Source: Longimicrobiales bacterium (GTDB lineage Bacteria > Gemmatimonadota > Gemmatimonadetes > Longimicrobiales > Gaopeijiaceae). From it: a DNA stretch of 64,000 nucleotides. The stretch is taken from contig CBDDCX010000008.1 of the NCBI GenBank assembly GCA_965226375.1, forward strand, positions 2,048,001-2,112,000, given 5' to 3'. Within the stretch, counting starts at the first letter, position 1, and each line of letters begins with the position of its first letter. Shown in pieces: positions 61,201-64,000 of this stretch. Below the pieces are notes generated by a model. That model saw only the letters and a program-made list of their open reading frames with translations. It had not been told where the DNA came from and did no database searches. Both the position numbers and the translations under genes were made by a program.

Positions 61201-62456
61201 GAGGAGGCGCCGAGCCCGTGAGCGAGGCGCCGGTGAAGGCCACCGCTGGCGAGCCGGAACCGGTCGGCGCCACCTCCGAGCAGTCCGTGCCCGACCGTGG
61301 CACCCCTTCCGAAATGACCATTGTGGACTCGCCCGGTGCCACGCCACGAGTGGTGTCCCTCCGGAGAGACTCCTCGGTCCCGTACGACAAAGCCAGCATC
61401 CTGGCCTTCAGCAGCGGTAAGCCGTCACACGCGTTCGGCGAGATCTACAGCGCCTTCGACCGTGGCCCTGGCCGCATCGCCAGACTCCCACGTCCGCCTT
61501 ACCAGTTCATGGATCGGGTCACGTCCGTGGAGGGTGAGCCGTTCGCCATGAAAGCCGGAGCCAAGGCGACCGCCCAGTTCGACGTCACGGCCGACCACTG
61601 GTACTTCGCGAGCAACCGCCAGCAAGAGATGCCCTTTGCGGTCCTCCTCGAAGTGGCACTCCAACCCTGCGGATGGCTCGCGGGGTATGTGGGCTCTGCC
61701 CTGGCCGCGGAAACGGATGTACGCTTCCGCAATCTAGGCGGCGACGCCGTCCAACTGGCCAGACCGGCCGCCGGTCCGGACGTGATCACCACCGAAGTGG
61801 AGCTCACCAGCGTCTCCATGTCGGGAGGGATGATCATTCAGCACTATTCCATGGCGCTGGCCAGCGATCGTCTGGGCCCCTTGTACGAGGGTACCACCTA
61901 TTTCGGCTTCTTCTCGGAGCGGGCCCTGGCCGATCAAGTAGGGATACGCGACGCCACCATCTATGCTCCCTCCTCCGCCGAGCGACAGCGGGGGCTGAGC
62001 TTCCCGATCTCCGCCGAGCGACCACTCCCCGACCGTGACTTCCGCATGGTGGATCAGATCGATCTCCTGGTGCCCGACGGTGGTCCTCAGGGTCTCGGAT
62101 GGATCCACGGATCCATCGACGTCGATCCCGGCAAGTGGTTCTTCGAGGCACACTTCTATCAGGATCCGGTGTGGCCGGGCTCTCTCGGCCTGGAGGCGTT
62201 TGTACAGCTCCTCAAGACCTACGCGGTTGAGCGCTGGGAGCTCGGCGAGACCGCTGAGTTCCAGACGGTCCCGAGCGCAACACCGCACCGTTGGGGATAT
62301 CGAGGACAGATCGTGCAGGGTTGCCAGCGGGTAGAGGTGTACGCCAGCATCACTACGGTGGACGACGAGCGGCAAACTCTCATGGCCGACGGATTCCTGT
62401 CGGTGGACGGCCGAACGATCTACTCGATGAACGATTTCAGCCTGGGAGCACGATAG
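55221..62456 (+). CDS. pfaC: PUFA synthase PfaBC fusion (KS-CLF-AT-FabA-like DH domains)
   Basis: DAACASS KS, Cys-less CLF (SEETSG), GYSLG AT, CHFVDDQVMPG and AHFYQDPVWPG dehydratases. Confidence 0.9.
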   Translation: MSISEPIAIVGLGGILPGAATLDDFWNVVKAGVDTASEPPSGRWLLDLEQAYDPERARADHVYSRRACFVRDFQLERTGLNLPPELLDALDPMVHLALHAGRQAWRDAVTDPVDPKRVGVMLGNIVLPTMSASAMADWILGRRFEREVFRAAGIPMPPEDRAPVGAVNRWVAGLPAAVLARALGLGGDRFCLDAACASSLFAVELAVDALRDGRLDAVLAGGLSRPDSLYTQMGFSQLLAVSPTGRCSPFDHKSDGLVVGEGAGVLVLKRLSDAIEHGDRVRAVVKSVGLSNDVEGSLLAPSQEGQLRAMRGAYQAAGWQPSEVDLVECHATGTPVGDAVEFASLQALWAEEDAPATRCVIGSAKSNTGHLLTGAGAVGLLKTILAMEHKTLPPTANFEEAGDSVDLAQSPFRVLQEAQPWQAPKSHARRAAVSGFGFGGTNAHVLLEEATEPAAGRAAVTVPALPRSAEPKPESPESPTESPTESLTYGPEGRDSPSTAIAIVGMGARIGPWKDLAAVQQRILGRGDDHPVLPKENHWGVPDPPLGWFIEELEIPFGLFKIPPKEIEEALPQQMLMLQVAERALADAALDDLDRLRTGVFVGVEIDLNTTNYHLRWAVRSRAADWARRMARPIEEAEFESWVEELCDSLTPALNANRTIGGLGSIVASRVAREFGLGGPSYVLASEETSGMSALQAALRSLQTGRLDCAVVGAVDLSGDVRALLSLASTDGVAADGIPRPFHGESQGVVPSDGAVALVLKREKEARQDGDRIYAIVRGVGSVGGDLTDASTEAALRSCRDASVAPEAIPYVEGHGGGAPREDRAEARALAEVHGADTILGCTKARVGHTGAAAGLVSVLGASLALYQQVLPAAGSDWTGRGNGTRGGPAREPESRQGLIPLADSRPWVCDRAEGPRRAGVLAVSRGGSCSHVVLEESGATVREEERATPLGALPEGLFLVEGDDDKAVVAGLRQLAEFVTGAGQPITDAEQNSGSDGTGVSDLAQLWWMEEPLQPEVARAIALVARDAYEIESLARTAADQIEAGGDPSDRSAGRVFFTREPLGREGRLAFVYPGSGSQFAGMGRELCLQWPEILRDQEGSSEMLSSQLRASEIWRAGPTPTDARTVILSQVALGTLATDLMARFAVKPDAVIGYSLGETAGLFSTGAWHERDEMLRRTTESDLFETQLTGPCTAARAAWSLDEDAVLEWRVGVVDRSAEEVRAVLDGRERVYLLIVNTPDECVIGGDAEAVHQAVEALGSAFHELRGVTTVHCEVAQEVADDYRDLHLLDTRPPEGVRFYSGASGVSYDVDRESAADSLLAQALHGVDFPKTVRQAYEDGARIFLEMGPGASCTRMISKILDGSAFRARSISSPTQDEPSAVLRALAMLLVERVEVDLGLLYPGAPKPAGESKPAIRVPIGQVGFGAIPVGPSVADAAVTAETSATETMSAEDPSVAPVTSDSRSAHLAAQGLTAATASEPLMSLATESSPDLAAAVRAAETTLEVHEAFLRSAEHTRQLAAAQLAHQHNLLHALARGEAAPLVADLSAAGTTMGTPALASTPPPPSPEAMREVATLPRSVALDRDQLMEFAVGSIGKALGERFAHVDSHPTRVRLPDEPLMLVDRVLTIEAEPQSMTSGRIVTEHDVLEGAWYLDGGLIPTCVAVEAGQADLLLSGYMGIDSETQGLAVYRLLDAVVTFQGELPRPGQVIVYDIRIIHFFRQGDTWLFRFQFDATVDGRPLMTMREGSAGFFSQGELDAGKGIVLSALERREIAGQRPADWRELVPMCKESFDEGQIEALRQGDLAGAFGEQFDGLGLIRPLTIPGDRMRLVHRVTELDPEGGRYGIGSIVAEADIHPDDWFLTCHFVDDQVMPGTLMYECCLHTLRIFLLRMGWMAAEGSSTWQPIKGVKSRLRCRGQVLASTAMVTYEINVREMGYGPEPYAIVDAMMYADGKPIVDIREMSVQLTGADREQLEDLWLARNLGTLRPAGGGAEPVSEAPVKATAGEPEPVGATSEQSVPDRGTPSEMTIVDSPGATPRVVSLRRDSSVPYDKASILAFSSGKPSHAFGEIYSAFDRGPGRIARLPRPPYQFMDRVTSVEGEPFAMKAGAKATAQFDVTADHWYFASNRQQEMPFAVLLEVALQPCGWLAGYVGSALAAETDVRFRNLGGDAVQLARPAAGPDVITTEVELTSVSMSGGMIIQHYSMALASDRLGPLYEGTTYFGFFSERALADQVGIRDATIYAPSSAERQRGLSFPISAERPLPDRDFRMVDQIDLLVPDGGPQGLGWIHGSIDVDPGKWFFEAHFYQDPVWPGSLGLEAFVQLLKTYAVERWELGETAEFQTVPSATPHRWGYRGQIVQGCQRVEVYASITTVDDERQTLMADGFLSVDGRTIYSMNDFSLGAR

Positions 62457-62497
62457 TGTACCGCTGCCGAAGTGTCCGGAGGACATAGAGGGCGCCC

Positions 62498-63577
62498 ATG
62501 AGATATTCGCGCGTGATCATCGAGCGCTTTGGATACGAGTTGGCGCCTTGTGTCGTAACCTCGGACGAGCTCGAACAGCGTCTATCCTCGGTCTACGAGA
62601 AACTGCACATCCAGCCGGGGCAACTGCAGCTCATGACTGGAATTCAGGAACGTAGGTACTGGGACCCGGGATACACGGTAACCCAAGGAGCCACCGCGGC
62701 TGCCCTGAAGGCGCTCCACAATTCTCCCGTCCCCGCGAACGCCCTCGACATGCTCATCTACGCTGGAGTGTGCCGCGAGCACTTCGAGCCTGCAACGGCT
62801 TGCCACGTAGGCGCCGGGCTGCAGGCGGCCGGCCACACCATTCGACCCTCTGCGCACGTCTACGACGTGAGCAACGCGTGCCTCGGCGTGCTGAATGGGA
62901 TTCTCGATGTCGCCAACCGTATCGAGCTCGGTCAGATCCGCGCCGGCATGGTGGTGAGCTGCGAGACGGCCCGGGACATCGTCGATACGACCATCGCCCG
63001 CCTGAACGGCAATCCAGACATGGAAGAGTTCAAGACAGCGATCGCCACGCTCACGGGGGGGTCGGCCGCAGTGGCGGTGATCCTCAGCGACGGCTCCTTC
63101 GGCGAATCGGACCGCCGGCGCCTGCGAGGCGCCGTGGTCGAGACTGCTCCCGAACATCACATGCTGTGCCGCTGGGGCGTAGAGGCCCACCCGGCGGGAC
63201 AGGCGATGGGTGCGGAGGCCAGCTTGCGAGAGTTCGCGAGCACCGATGCAACCGCCGTTCTCGAGCATGGGGTCGCCTTGGGCGCTCGAACCTGGGACGC
63301 CTTCCTGGCGGAGATGGAGTGGCCGGTCGAACAAATCGATCGCACCGTGTGCCATCAAGTGGGATCGGCCCATCGCGATACCATGCTTCGCACGATGGGC
63401 CTGTCTTCCGAGCACGACTTCGTGACCTACGAGTATCTGGGCAATACCGGGACGGCGGCGCTCCCCGTGGCCGCGGCACTGGCCCAGGAACGGGGCTTCA
63501 TCGAGCCCGGACACAAGGTCGGCCTTCTCGGCATCGGCAGTGGCCTGAACTGCATGATGTTGGGAGTGGATTGGTGA
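62498..63577 (+). CDS. oleA: OleA-like thiolase-fold condensing enzyme
   Basis: EPATACHV, DVSNACLG, TLTGGSAAVA, HQVG, LGNTG, LLGIGSGLNC. Confidence 0.85.
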   Translation: MRYSRVIIERFGYELAPCVVTSDELEQRLSSVYEKLHIQPGQLQLMTGIQERRYWDPGYTVTQGATAAALKALHNSPVPANALDMLIYAGVCREHFEPATACHVGAGLQAAGHTIRPSAHVYDVSNACLGVLNGILDVANRIELGQIRAGMVVSCETARDIVDTTIARLNGNPDMEEFKTAIATLTGGSAAVAVILSDGSFGESDRRRLRGAVVETAPEHHMLCRWGVEAHPAGQAMGAEASLREFASTDATAVLEHGVALGARTWDAFLAEMEWPVEQIDRTVCHQVGSAHRDTMLRTMGLSSEHDFVTYEYLGNTGTAALPVAAALAQERGFIEPGHKVGLLGIGSGLNCMMLGVDW

Positions 63578-64000
63578 GTACACTCTATCCATTCACACCG
63601 CACTACCACGACTCCGCCGGACACCGGCTCCACTACGTGGACGAAGGCTCGGGCGAAGCCGTGCTCATGATTCACGGTAACCCGAGTTGGTCTTTTTTCT
63701 ACAGGGATCTCATCCAGGCGCTGAGTGGGGACCACCGCACGGTCGCGCCCGATCACATCGGGTGTGGCCGTTCCGACAAGCCCGATGACAGGGGGTACGA
63801 CTACACGCTGGACTCACGGGTTGCGGACCTGAACTCGCTGGTAGAGAAACTGGACCTGCGGGAGATCACTCTGGTCGTACACGACTGGGGCGGAATGATC
63901 GGCCTGGCCTGGGCCGTTCAGAACGTCGATCGCCTCTCACGTCTGGTCGTCATGAACACGGCGGCCTTTCCATTGCCGGACCGCAACCGCATCCCCGCTT
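63574..64000 (+). CDS. oleB: OleB-like alpha/beta hydrolase (haloalkane dehalogenase-like), runs off the window
   Basis: Manual translation: LYPFTPHY...HYVDEG...HGNPSWSFFY...PDHIGCGRSDKP...VHDWGG...VMNTAAF; GTG overlaps the oleA stop. Confidence 0.82.
   Translation, partial: MSTLYPFTPHYHDSAGHRLHYVDEGSGEAVLMIHGNPSWSFFYRDLIQALSGDHRTVAPDHIGCGRSDKPDDRGYDYTLDSRVADLNSLVEKLDLREITLVVHDWGGMIGLAWAVQNVDRLSRLVVMNTAAFPLPDRNRIPA

Noticed and set aside
1..64000. rRNA, tRNA and CRISPR arrays
   Set aside because: None recognised by eye; a covariance-model scan would be needed to exclude small ncRNAs

Overview
GC-rich bacterial window. Gene content (ADOP permease, DUF5916, DUF1592/DUF1552 modules, many secreted peptidases) suggests Gemmatimonadota or Acidobacteriota; this is inference only. 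Left to right: (1) Ig-like lipoprotein, a three-repeat secreted protein, a Tat-exported PLP enzyme and a DUF5916 protein; (2) an ADOP permease interrupted by an IS3-family element; (3) a DmpA/P1 peptidase and a Na+/solute symporter; (4) a ~19-kb minus-strand array of three tandem [diheme DUF1592 - DUF1552 - ankyrin] cassettes, preceded by a secreted creatininase-like gene and followed by a deletion-fused copper-monooxygenase-like fragment; (5) secreted peptidases and a flavin amino-acid oxidase; (6) PadR/DoxX; (7) a candidate new two-peptide bacteriocin-like locus with two short precursors (one missed by the ORF track) sharing a double-glycine-type leader ending HG-M and Cys23/Cys53, then a 13-bp hairpin, an ABC permease/ATPase and a truncated C39 peptidase transporter; (8) a secreted RidA; (9) a pfaD-pfaA-pfaBC PUFA synthase joined to oleA-oleB. 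Several single-base frameshifts and two abrupt gene-fusion junctions indicate sequencing/assembly error or local decay. All family assignments come from motif recognition by eye; no searches were run.
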